A DNA stretch of 64,000 bases from Oopsacas minuta (GCA_024704765.1 JAKMXF010000111.1:1256619-1320618); one strand, 5' to 3'; positions 27,301 to 41,216 are shown, counted from the first letter of the stretch. The notes: a model not told the origin generated them from the sequence alone. Program-made: numbers and translations.

Positions 27301-30300
27301 ATACTTCATTATGGTAGAAGCTCTGAGATATGAAGTGAAGAAGAGATGTGTATTTACTCAATTCAGACAAATGCTGGAGGCACCGATTGTACTACTAAAA
27401 CCAACAACTGGCACAAATGCAGATGTGCTCGGTAACGACCCTAACTTGGCTAAAGACCTCTACTCTGATTTACAGACAAAGTACATGTATTGAATTAGTA
27501 TGTCGGTTTATAAATGTGAGCATATAGTGATAAAGAGCTATACATATGTATCTACTGGTTGTGTCCCATATTTTGTTTGTAATTTTCAAATTAACATACT
27601 TCATAAGCAATTAAAGAATATCTAATTAAAGATTAACACATCGTAGAGATTTATAATACGCATCAAAATATGGTGTATGTACCATTTACAATATACTGTA
27701 TTAACATACTTTATTTATATCTGTATTTATGAAAATATATAACCTAAGACAGACAAATATCGAGAAATTAATTTTTCATTAGCTAAGAACTAAGAGAACG
27801 CCAATTCTAACTGATGTACAAATACAATTAACAATTTTAATCCGCCAAATTTCGCATTATTTAAGTAAATGAGATGGTTTACACATTTTTCAGTTTATTT
27901 AATCTAAACAATTTGTACAATAAATAATGATACAATTAATTGATGTTACAACACATTCTACATCGCTAATTGCATTATGTAATGTGGATTTATTTCGTTT
28001 TGTATCTCTTTTGCAAATCTAAGTACAAATATTTTGATAGTGAAGGTTCATTACCTACTAGATTCATTGGATCTGTTTCAATCCCTTTTGACAACTTGAT
28101 ATCATTTAACTTCACACATAAATCGGAGAAAGTAGGTCTATTTTCAGGCTCTGGGTTCCAAATCTCTATCATAAGCTCGTAAATATTCCTAGAACACCCA
28201 GTAGGTGGAGTAGGTAGATTATGGTGAAGGAGTGTATCCACCACCTCTTCGGTAGTTAGTGTACACCAAGGTTTAAGACTCATACCCCATACCTCGTACA
28301 TAGTCATGCCAAACGACCAGACATCTGATTTCTCACTAAACCGCCGATAGAAAATAGACTCCGGAGCTGTCCATCTCACTGGAATATGAACTCCTGAAGA
28401 TCTATGATACTCCTTTTCAGTCTTAAGTTCACAGCACATACCAAAATCTGCTATACGACAGCTAAGGTTGATTGTCAGGAGAACATTTCGAGAGGCTAGG
28501 TCTCTATGGATGAACTTTAGATTACTCAAGTACTCCATCCCAAGGCAAATTTCAATGCAGAATTTATGAAGTAAGGTAGGGAATTTTGATTTCTCAATCG
28601 GAGATTTGTTTAACTTAAAAAGGAAGGAGTCTAATTGATCCTTGTGTAACTCAGTGACTATCAAATAAGGTTTCCCTAGGGTAACGACCCCGAATAGCTT
28701 AAGAATGTTTGGGTGGTAGAACTGTCCCATAACTGCAGCTTCTCTCAACACACCAACCACTTCATCAGTATTTTCGGAATTGTTTAGTGCCCTGATCGCT
28801 ACAGGAATATCTCCGTAGTTACTGGCCCAATTTCCTTTGAAAGTATCAAAAAACTGTGCTTCAGAAAGCTTTTCCTGTGGACTCAGAGTTTTCCTGTTTA
28901 TCTCGCGAAAATTAGATTTTGACATCTCATTATATATCGTGGAAATGTCCTTTGAAGGAATTTTCAATCCAGCTTGTTGCTTGAAAAAGTTAGTCTTGTC
29001 TAAATTTGAATCAGGAACTTTCTCAAAGACAACTTCATAATCATTTCCTACATTATTCCTTTCAGTAGAATTGAGTACAATAACTGCAGTTTTATAGTCA
29101 TCCTTCACAGTATGGTTCTCTGTAATTTGTTGGTACATTGATTCACTAACTTTGTTGAGATTCCGCCCTAGCTCGTATGCTCTGTAAATGTCAGATACTT
29201 CATCATAAATAGTACTATCATCATGTAAATCCTCATCTCTATCAGAATAATCATTGGCCATTATCAGCTCCATTGTGCTGGTAGGGCTCACAACATTAGG
29301 TTCGCTGTACGGAGGAGCTGCTTTCTTAAAACGTTGCTGTGGGGATTCGTGCATAGTTTGGTTTTTCAAATTAGAGCCTGTACTCTGGGAACGACCATCA
29401 AGCTTAAAAGACTCATAAATAATTGAAGAGTCGTTCAAAGGTCTGTCACCAGAAGAAGTAATAGTAGACATGGGCATCTGATTGGTACTACCGTGTGTAT
29501 CGCTCAAAACCGAATTTTCATAGACATTACGGTTCATTTGTGAGGTAGCTAAGACAACAGGCACATTATCCAGGCTATACTTCTTACGAGTAGCACAACA
29601 GGCGGAAAGACAAATACATATCATACAAGGACAAAGTAGACAGCAACATAATAGGGCGAATACCCCGAACAACGGTATTACAAGCAAATACAAACTGATT
29701 GCATTATTACTGAAAAAACATTGGAGGATAATACAAGCTATACTACTCGAGTCACAGATAAGAGTGTACAGAGAGGTGGAGTTTGTGAATGTTAGAGTAT
29801 CATTCTGATAAGCACAGTCTGTAAGGAGAGCATTAGATTCGTTCCCCACATAGACAAGGAATATGATATACAAGTAGATAAATACAGACATTATTAAATT
29901 CTATCGATTAATATGAATTATGATATTCGAATATAATTGTATAAATATAGTATTCAGTGAGATAATGTGACTATAGAAATGTGCCCAATGAGGATCAAAT
30001 ATCATAAACTGTCTTTATTAAGAACAACTAATTCTAAAGAATAACTTGCAAAAGTTCTATAATATCCTATGAATAATCAAAATTAGCAACTATTGACAGT
30101 TAAATCAATTAATATATTATTTTAATGAGAATACTACAAATATCAAAATCTAACAAAATCATTTCACAAAAAATAAAATGATACAAATACATAATTAACT
30201 AATTGTCAACTTGTGATAATTATACGTTATTAATATCTTCAACACTATTTCTATCATCATGTTGTTGTATCACATATTTAGGCTCCATATTAGTGTAACC

Positions 30301-33300
30301 ACTCTCTCGTGAGCTAACAACCTCAGCTTGTACCGGGTTATTATTCTCCTCAGTCACAGAACGCCGGACCTTAGCTACACCTACTATTCCTCCATTCCCT
30401 TTATTGTTCATAAATGTTACGAAAGGGTAACTGTACTCGCAAGATTGTCTCGGAATAATCTTATGGGAGGGCTTAAGAGGTATATTGAGATTCTGTATTC
30501 TATCACGGGGACCAACTGGAGGGCGAGGAGGAAGGGGACGAGTCTCAAAAGAATTGACAGGATTGTTCATTTCCTGATAAGATTCCGTGGCGGGAGGAGA
30601 TTCTACATGAGTGGTTATATTCATATCTGTGTAATCGTGTAGAATAGAGACATGATGATTCTCTAAGTTAGTTATATTTTGTAAGTTAAGTTGATGGGAT
30701 TGAGTTTCGTTCCCTGCCATTCGACGCGATCCTAACCTAGCAATCCTTTTCTGTGATTTTCTCTTCCCACAAAGACGACAAGCAACCAAGGCAGGAATAC
30801 AGCACAACAAGCATATGTGACATATAATGATTGCAGTAACACCCACGCTAGGAATAATTAGAGTTAAATAGAGAGGATATCCGATATCTAGACCTAATAA
30901 TCCTGTCGGAGCAACACTAACATCAGTAGACGTAGATATATTATTAAGGTCAGAAGCAGAAAACTCACAGCGGGAGCCAAAAAACTCACTGGGACAGTAG
31001 CAATCATTGAGGACACAAACTCCACCATTCTGACATATGATACTGTCATCATTACAAACGGTTACAGTGCAAACTTGATTAGGAGTACCAGGTACACAAG
31101 CAGCAGGTAGGCAAACTTTCATATCTTCCAAGCATACTGTTACCGAAGTATCTTCTGATTTTATTAATGTTATAAAATGGCATATTAAAAAGAATATTAA
31201 AGTACTCTTCATTTCAGAGATATGGTAATTTGTTTGTAGATAAGTTATGTTAGATTAGATTTAATGTTCTATTTATCCACCTAGAATCTACGTGGTTTAT
31301 AAACCGGATTTTAATAAGAAGTAGTTTAAATCATTCAAATTCACAAAATATTACAAGAACTGTGTCTACACGTAATGTCAGCACAAATAAGGACAACACA
31401 ATTTGTGTAGGAGTCACATCAGATCATGATATCTCTATGTTCGAATATAAGCTCTATAATTACGTGAGATTACAATTAATACTCTAATAAAATGATCCTA
31501 CAATTCAACCTGATTCTAGAGATAACCAAACCAATAAAAAATTCACTACAAATACTTTGAATTCCCTAATAAGGATTGACCACAGTAAATCAGTTTGCTT
31601 TGTTAAGAAAGCTTAGCTAATATTCTGAATACTCGGTACACATTTAGACATATTCAACTAAGTATAATTAATTTCTAACTATTCTCTGAAAGTTTACGAA
31701 TCATTTGTAATTTATTTCTCTGAACATAAATATGTGTGAATGTTTTGCTTGGATTTTTCAAAGGGAATATTCATGAGTTCCGCTCAATGCAACTAGAATA
31801 TTCAATTTCTTCAGGCTAGCTACAAGTTTGGAAATTAACTACACATATAACAGACACCTCATGATAATCTCAGCTGGCATAGCCTTGCCGGAAATATTAT
31901 GAACTGATCCTGGCGAGTAGTTAAATTTAAGATTGCGTATACAGTTCAATACATGAGATGATGTGCGTAGAACAATACAATATATATAGTAGATAAGGAA
32001 GTGGTATGTTACTTATTGTACGAAGTAAACCTATGAAAAGTGTCTATGTAGACTAAATTTTACCTGAATATCTTCAAAATGACAAGAATGACCTGGGTTG
32101 ATTAATTTATGTGCAAACAAATCAATTCATAAATCTCGTCATGAATATTTAGAATTATTCAATAATAGGTTTGATAATATAATCGAATAAACTACTATCT
32201 CATATATTTGCTTTTACAAAGAGCACAGTTATCAAGACAAAGGCCAGCATCTAATCATTTTAGCAGCCTTGGAGGGTAGAACTAACGAGTGTGTAAGAGA
32301 TGCTAAACTGATAAAGAAAATATTAAATATTCAGATTGCTTAATATTGTAAAAAGAATTAAAATTGCGCGAGAAATATTTACTAATTGTATATAGCTGTG
32401 GCCTGTATATTAGCAGAGATTAGTTTGTATTTTTAGGGTACTTAGAAATTGTCGATATACGTATTAAGAAGTAATATGAGAATGCGGACAACTTGCATAG
32501 CCGAATAGGTATACTAACTCATATGAAAAGAGTTAAGTTTGAAGAAATATAGATGAGACTAATATTCAGCTTTATTTTCACAGCATTTTGGAAACAAATA
32601 GTAGCACCAGAAGTGAGAGAAGTATGTCAATCACTAGGTGCAGTGAGAGAGTTCACAAACTCAGCGTATCCCCAACTCTGCAATGACGTTGGTGGGATGC
32701 TTGAATGGAATTATTTTTGTAACAATATCATTATGAATGATGGTAACGTAATTTGCAGAGCACTAGGTTATCCAGGCTACGAATCAGTCGAAGAAATTCA
32801 TTTGGACATATTTAATCCAATAACAAAGATAGCTAATCTGAACTGTGCTGGAAATGAGACAAGATTGACCGATTGTCCATATTCTGAAACAACTAATAGC
32901 TGTATGGTAGCAAAAGGGTTGATATGCACCAGATGTAGTGTCAATTCAATGTGTTCAGGTCCAATAGGGCAGTGTACAATGAACGGGAAATGTAAATGTT
33001 CAGAGGGCTGTATAAGCGGGTACTGCTATCTGGGGAGGTGTATATGTTCAGATGGGTTTGCTGGTACTACATGTAATGAGTGCGATCCTCAATGTGATAA
33101 TGGAGGTATATGCTCTGCTAGCGGGATGTGTGAGTGTATGTCACTTTATTCAGGTGACAGATGTGAATTCAATAACAGCATAATAACACCGACTAATAGT
33201 ACTATATCTATTGTTGATAGTCTAACCTTGATTATCATTGCTGCAGCTGTTCCTTCACTTATATTCAGCTGTACATTGATAATAATCTGCTTCGGAATAC

Positions 33301-36300
33301 TAGCCTTCCTAATGTTCTTTGTGTCTCAAATAAAACCGTCCTTGGGTAGGAAGAAAGTTGAGAATACTAAAATGACTGAAATGACTGTGCAAAACACTAA
33401 CAAACAATTTTCCAACAGAAAACCTCACGAGTATGAGCTAGAATTCGAAAATTCGCACGATTATTACTACATTAGAAATAGTCAAGTTGGACAGAATTCA
33501 TCTAATCCATTCTTGACGACCCAAGTAAGAGATGATAATTATGAGATAATAGAGTCAAGAAACATGTCTAATCAAGCTAAAAAACAAGAAGACCCGCCGC
33601 AGGATTTCTCAACTAATTCTACTTCAAACCTGGTGGATAAAGATCCGAAGTCAGATTATGTAATTGATGATATTAATGATTATTCTTAAGTTTCCTGATA
33701 TTTTTGAATAATATGACACTGAAATATAAATTTATAATTTAGTTCATTCGTGATTTAAAGGAGCACTATAATTAATTTACAGTAAGGGTCACAAATTATG
33801 AACATTCTTTTCTCTAATTATAAACCAAATCAGTGGCCCCAATAACTCATTCCCATAGGATTTGTATTAAAAGTAGTGGGCATCGCTTGCTTGCGCTACA
33901 CGAATCAGCTTTCTTATGTCCCCAATAGTGAACAAATATTCACAATATGTTGTTTACAATATTCATATTCGGAATCAGCATACTCGATTACCCCAGTATA
34001 ATGTTTATTTGTTGTTGTTGTTATGTTGTGTAATATTTGGTTCTGGACTTTATGAACTGAACCTATATAGTTCTATACGGGGGCGTGACAAACATACAGA
34101 CACACACAAAATACTGTTCAATTAATCACAATGTAAGATTCGAGAATTTACGGATACCCTCAAGGGCGGGCCTGGAGTACGACCTTCTCTCCCTCTCATT
34201 TATGAAATTAATTTGACCAGGATAATGAAACTTATAACTTTCAAGAATATCTGAAACTATGGATATGTAAACATTCTAACAAATATATCGTATTAATTAT
34301 CGTTCATATTATCGATTACATAAAATGACCTCTGGACTACATCTGAGGTAGAATTAGTTGGGAAATCAGGTAACAGGTCATCTTTAGCTCTATCTGATTC
34401 ATTAAACGTGTTTCTTGGCTGTATTGACTTAGAATTGCCATTATAAACTGGAATAGTTACTAATGGATTCGATGAGTTCTGTTCAACTAGTGTATCTTGA
34501 ATGCAGCAATAATTATGAGAAATATCGAATTCAAGCTCATACTGTGGAGAGTTTATATAAGAAGATTTCTCAGAGCTGTGCTCTGTTATTACAGTCATTT
34601 TAGCATTTTCATCAACTGTTTTCCGACCGAATTTAGGTTTCATTAGACACACCATAATTGCTAAGCAAGCTAATATTCCGAAGCAGATTATTATCAAGGT
34701 ACAGCTCAATATTAGCGATGGGACAGCTGCAGCAATGATTATCAAGGTTAGACTAGAATCAGTAGGTACTACTTCAGGGAAGAAACTAGTATTAGTCGAA
34801 GGGAATTTTACTGTTGTATTATTAAATTCACATCTTTCACCTGAATAAGATGGCATACACTGACACGTCCCGTTAGCAGTACACACACCTTCATTCTCAC
34901 ATTGAGGGTCGCATCCACTACATGTAGGACCACCAAACCCATCTGAACATAAACACTTCCCCAGAAAGCAGTACCCTCCGTTTTCACAGTCATTGAGACA
35001 TACACATTTCCCATTCATTGAACACTGTCCTCCTAGACACATAGAATTATTCGTACAACTGATACATGATAGTACTGTTACAGAACATGTCAATAATTCA
35101 GAATAAGAACATTGATTCAAAGTAGTTTCATCTCCCATACAGACTAGGTTGTCTATAGCTAGAGCTGTAACGGTCATAGAGGTGGGCGTGGCGGAATCTT
35201 GCATTGGAAAGCCAAGTACCTTGCAAAATACCTTGGCCTCCTTCTTACCGAAATCACCGCAAAAAGAATTCCATATTTGGGTTCCACTTGCATTACTACA
35301 GAGTTGAGGATACATGTCATTGTATAATCTCACTGAACCTAGTGATTGGCATATTTGTGGAGCAGTTTGAGCTTCTATTTGATACCATAATGTAGACAAC
35401 AGCAGATAGAGAATTAATCTCATTTCTACGCTGATAATATTGCGTATTTATTATTTTCTTTAGTTATCTACCAATTAGATATTAACTCCTTCAGAGTTTT
35501 CTTACTTTAAAGAATTATAAGAAATGAATAGTACCTACTTTGTAAATACTGCAATAAATGATATCTCAACTGGTAAAACTACTAGTGTATCATCTTACTA
35601 CCTAGATAAACCTTACCTGAGCATGGTATTCGCAATGGTTTAAGAATTGGGGCCACCACGAGTCCAGGGGTTATTTACAGACCTTAAACTCAAACCCATT
35701 TAGGAAAAATCAATTCTTTGGATTGGCCTTTACAAAAAATGTCCAGCCGACAGACTGTAGTGCAGCTCAGGGTTATGTATTTTGTTCTTTTCAGGGGCAC
35801 GTCTCCCCTGACCCCCCACGTGTGTGTGTATGCGTGTAGATGTTGCAATGCACCAGACCCCGACTGATTTTGGGCTCCTGGATCTAATAAATAGTTCAGG
35901 AGATTCAATATTATTAGTCCCCAACTGTACTTCATGTTCTATTCTCAAATCCTATGGATAAAATTCTAAATAAAAATCCTGCAATTGTACCCTGTCTAAC
36001 TTTTGGAACAAAATCTCTAGCATCAATTTGAAATATGTGCGAAAAAGTGTGAAAATATGATAAATCATGTAGATATCTAGCTTGCTTTTGTATTTGACAC
36101 ATAGAAAGGTGTTTTCACATATGATTAATATCACCAAAAAAGGTGTGAAATATTCACTTTAGAAAAATTCATACCCAAGTTGCAAATCTCCGACCAAAAA
36201 TGTACATGCGTACCAATTTTCATGTGAATCGGACTGCTATCGTAAGGCAGATTTCGAACGGCAGAAATTTCACAAATTGTTCCTCAAATAATGGATTAAT

Positions 36301-39300
36301 TATAGCATAAATGAAGGGAGGGGGTTTATTGAAACCCTAAAATATTATAACAATCAACAACTAGTGCAATTTTAATACGATAGAAAACTATAAATGTATA
36401 ATCGTACACAGTTGGTGATGGATTCCAGTAGAAATATTACTACAAATAATATCATTCATCAACACTTAAGACTCATCATATTCAACCACGGATTGGTTTT
36501 CGTAAGCATTCTCCTTCCAATCACTGTCCTGTTTTTTAAGTAACAAATTAGGAGATGAAGCTTCCATTAAAATAGGAAGATTTCGTATAGCAGGTTCTTC
36601 ATGATTTGATGCATTGACGATTTGATTTTCATAATTAGTTGTGGAGTCAAATCCTTCCCGATTTAAACTTGTTTTGGCTTCAAGCACAGAGTCTTCAACC
36701 TCATAATGAGAAGTCTTCTTTTCTGAGGGTTCATCTATGCTATTACTGTTTGGCATAGGTGGCCTGCTATCCATTTCTACATAAAAGGATTCATCCCGTG
36801 CAGGAGGTAGGGCAGGTGGCATCCCATGATCCATCATACGCCTTTCGTCAACGACTGTATAAATAGTTGATGTTCTTTCTAAGAAGTCCGGCATCTGTAA
36901 ATCAAGTTTTTCCGGTTTGACATTTTTATGCCACTTATTTTTCATCATAAAACATACCATAATACACAGGCACAAGCATAAAAACGATACCAATAATATG
37001 AAACCAAACAACACGCCAAATACGACAATGCCTAACAAGATAGGATCCGAGAAAATAGATGAAGTTCCAGTAACAGGAGATTCTGTTGTATTATTGATAA
37101 ACGTTGTAGTAGGAATGCAAATATTGTCTACTATTTGCCCAGCACAACAGGAAAATACGCCATCATTCAAATTAACAAGGCATCGACTGCTAGATGGACA
37201 AGGTGGAGAACATGTCATAAGAATTTCACAATATTCACCAGTGTAAGGAAACTGACATTCACAAATACCATTGTCTTGACAATTACCAGAGTTTTGGCAA
37301 GGTGAAGAACATGTCATAAGAGTTTCGCAATATTCACCAGTGTAAGGAAACTGACATTCACAAATGCCATTGTCTTGACAATTACCAGAGTTTTGGCAAG
37401 GAGGAGAGCATATCCTATCCTCACAGTCATCTCCTGCATACCCATGAAAGCAGACACACCCTCCTACGTAACACACCCCATTCTCACACTGTTTGCAGCT
37501 ACAAGTACCGTCAACATTACATATAGAGTCATCGTCACCTAAACAATCTGTATATGAAGTGCATGATTCACAAGTTAGTCCACTAACGTAATGACATAAA
37601 CCAGTCATTACATAACCGCCACACTCGGAAATGTTTGTAGGACTTGGATTTCCCAAACAAGCAAAGTTTGTATATTTAGGGGTTCCAATATCGCCTACGT
37701 ATACAGGCATTATCATTGCGTCATCATTGATGTAGCCACTTAAATAACAGAAATTCTCGCTGTTACCACCAGATGGTGCCCAGTTCCCGTTATAACACAT
37801 GGACATGAAATAGAGGCCAGCGTCAAAAAAACTAATCGAAATATTAGAGGCGTTGAAGTAAGCACATATTTGAGGGAATGATCTGTTAGAATCGTCGAAA
37901 TATATTCTAGTGTCACCTGAAATCTGACAAGGTTCTACGGGAGGACCTTCGATTCCATCCACAGGACAAAAGACCGCACAAAACAGGATTATAGAGGAAT
38001 AAATGAAAATTCTCATTTTGGATAAATTATTGTTCTTGGAGGTTTAGTAAATGTATATACTGAGGAGTTAAAGGCATATTGCTACCTGATGACCAATACT
38101 ATCCCAGCAACTTACTAGGTTACATGTTGCAAAGTACAAATTAATGCAAAAGTATGTCAAATCATTATTGTAACTCGAATAAAGTACTCCTATAATGTTT
38201 GTAATGTAAAGTGCTATTATTAGATGCAACATAGGGTGTAATAGGCGTGACGAGAGGTTAGAGAAGGACATTAATAAAGATATCTTCTACCTAGCAAAAT
38301 CAGAGATGAAAGAAAAACGATACTACAATAATTACATACTCGGATATTAATAATCATTTGTATTATACATATCTTAATGCAAGAATTCCATCTACACTCT
38401 GCTCCATTAAGATCAAACCAAATCATTTCTTAGGTAATCATCAAGTATTATTTATTAATTTTCTGTGTAAAGAGTGTACCCTTTAAAAAGTGAAATAACA
38501 CAATTGGATATGAGATGGAGAATATTTAACTGTGTATCAACAATAAATACACACTCTGGCTCTGGTCAAACATCAGGGCCGGTGCCACCGTGGGTGTCCT
38601 GGGTGTCCAGACACCTACTGCCACGAAAGACCTTTGCATTATCCTCTATGGTAGATGCTGTTTAGACACCCAAAAGCTTCAATAGGCGGCGCCGGCCCTA
38701 AATATCATAAATCTCCCGAAAAATACTAGCACATAGTAGTGAATCGGTCTGAAGATCCGAAGATGAGATATTCGTGAAAATGTCCCGATAATACTCGTAT
38801 ACTCTAACCAGAGTAGACTGAATTATATAATTACACAATTAAAATAGATAATCTTAACCATAAGCTGCCATAACTAATGTATAACTACGAGTAATATTAT
38901 GCTGCAAATGTCTACACACTACCATTATTCGAATTAACTAAATAGAAAAGGAAATTTATTTTTGAATAATTGTATATGATAGATATCATCACATAATATT
39001 CAGAGTAATATTAAGAAGAAAATTACAAATGAGATAAAAATAAAATTATCTCCAACTACCCACAAGGAAATATCCTAAAGTTATTGAACTTTGTGGGTTA
39101 ATATGGCTCGTACCACTCACAGTTTGTTATAGCGATTATAAAAGTGTGAAATCGAGTAGAATAATAAACAAACTGTACTAATGAATATATTATTCTATTA
39201 TCTGGTGATCTTATTATTAACTTATAACATACATGTTATAGTAGAGACGCGTAGTCTAACGGGAAACTACACTAGAGAACGATTAGTAACAGATGAAACA

Positions 39301-41158
39301 GGCTCGCGTTGTGTGAATGAATATCGCTACGAAAGTGATAATAATGTATCTTGGTTGAGGATATGTGCAGATGAAATGAGTGAGCATACTGTAAGCCTTT
39401 TGTGTAGAAATCTTCTGGATCTTAGTACAAACTCAATAGAGATAAATGATTCTGAATCTCCAAAGAATCGAAATGAAAAAGTGCGCATAGATTGTGATGG
39501 AGATGAAACCAGATTAGAAGAGTGTAATGTTGAAATAGTCAATTCCTGTAAAACAATCCTGCATGACAAAGTATGTGTTAACTGTAGCCAAAACTCCCAG
39601 TGTAATGGATCAGCTGTGTGTGGAAGCGGTGGAGTGTGTGTTTGTGAATTTCCTAATTTCGGTGCAGATTGTGAGTTGAGGAACTGCTCCCCTCCCTGTA
39701 ATATTAACCAGACTTGTAATAATCAAACTGGAATATGTCAGTGTAAAGTTCCATTCTATGGAAATAACTGCGAATTGAGAGGATCAGTTTGTCCAGCTCA
39801 ATGCTTGAATGGAGGTTCATGTAACTTTGCTGATGGTACTTGTCTATGTGCTAATAGTTACCATGGAGATGTATGTGAGTTACGAGTATGTATTCCAGCC
39901 TGTAAGAATGGAGGTGTGTGCATATCCCCTAATCACTGTAAATGTGTTAACGGTACGTATGGAGTGTTATGTGAAGAGGTGGACTCAGATATATTTCGTC
40001 ATGGATTAACGGTTGGTGTCTCACTTGCTGTTATAGTTTTTTTCATTTTAGTTATCATATGCATGATAATTTTGCTATGTATACAACTCAAAAAGCTAAT
40101 GAAGTATAAATTGGATGGAATCTCTATTCGCAAGAAGAAAATACAAAAAGAATTGAAAAGAGAAGTTCAAATGGAAGATTACGTAAATATTCCCAAAGAA
40201 ATACATAGGCAACAAGCACATCTTACACAAATACAAGCTGTCATACCGAATCTGAACCGAAACAGATTATCAGAAGTATACTACGCTATTCCGCAACAGC
40301 TAAGAAATACGGAATACAGAGAAGAGGGTTACTCTACTATGCGGTTACACTACGATAACGTAATCGCTGCAGAATCATGCCAGGATATAGAAAGCGGACA
40401 GCAAGAGCAGAGAACAGAAACTCCAGAATATATTGAGCTGCAATAGATATTCTGTCACATAGAGTGAGTAGATTAGTTTAGTTTAAGAAAGTTTAGGTTG
40501 ATACAAGATTTTCTATGTTCTAATTAAAATATTAATACAGTCTACATCTGGTAACTAGAATGCCCGTTAACTCGAACGAATATTCAGTTCACTTCGTTGT
40601 ACTTTTAGTACTTATCGCATCCGTTAACTCGAACATTCGATTTTTCCAACAGATTTTCAGGAATCGAATTACTGAATGTGAACTATATAGTATATTAATT
40701 AAATCTCCATTTGTGTCTGTGTGTCTGTGTGTCTGTCACGCTCCCATATAGAGAACATATAGGTTCAGTTCATAAAATCCAGAACTAAATACTACACAAC
40801 ATAACAACAACAAAACAACATTGTACTGGGGTAATCGAGTATACTGATTCCGAATATAATATCGTAAACAACATTTCCTAAATATTAGTTCACTTTTGGA
40901 GACATAAAGAAAGCAGATTTAAAGTTTATGGCAGTATCATGTTTGCTACGGTTAAGATGAGACCAGGGGGGGGGTCGACAAAGTGCGGCCCCTCATAGCA
41001 AGTTTGGGCAGCGCGGGCAAGCTTCAGATACTCACATAAACTAGCTATCTTCGCTGTAATAACTAATTCCATAACCTTATTTGCCACCCGAATCTTCTTG
41101 TTTAAGTACTTTTGTATATTTAACATAGCCTTATTTAAAATTTCAATTATTTCTTTAC

Positions 41159-41216
<58 letters not shown>

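Noticed and set aside
3768-29891. Assigning the kinases as Eph, Tie or Abl orthologues
   Set aside because: Kinase motifs are Eph/Src-like, but the ectodomains lack the Eph ligand-binding, FN3, Ig, SH2 and SH3 domains; no gene symbol is justified.
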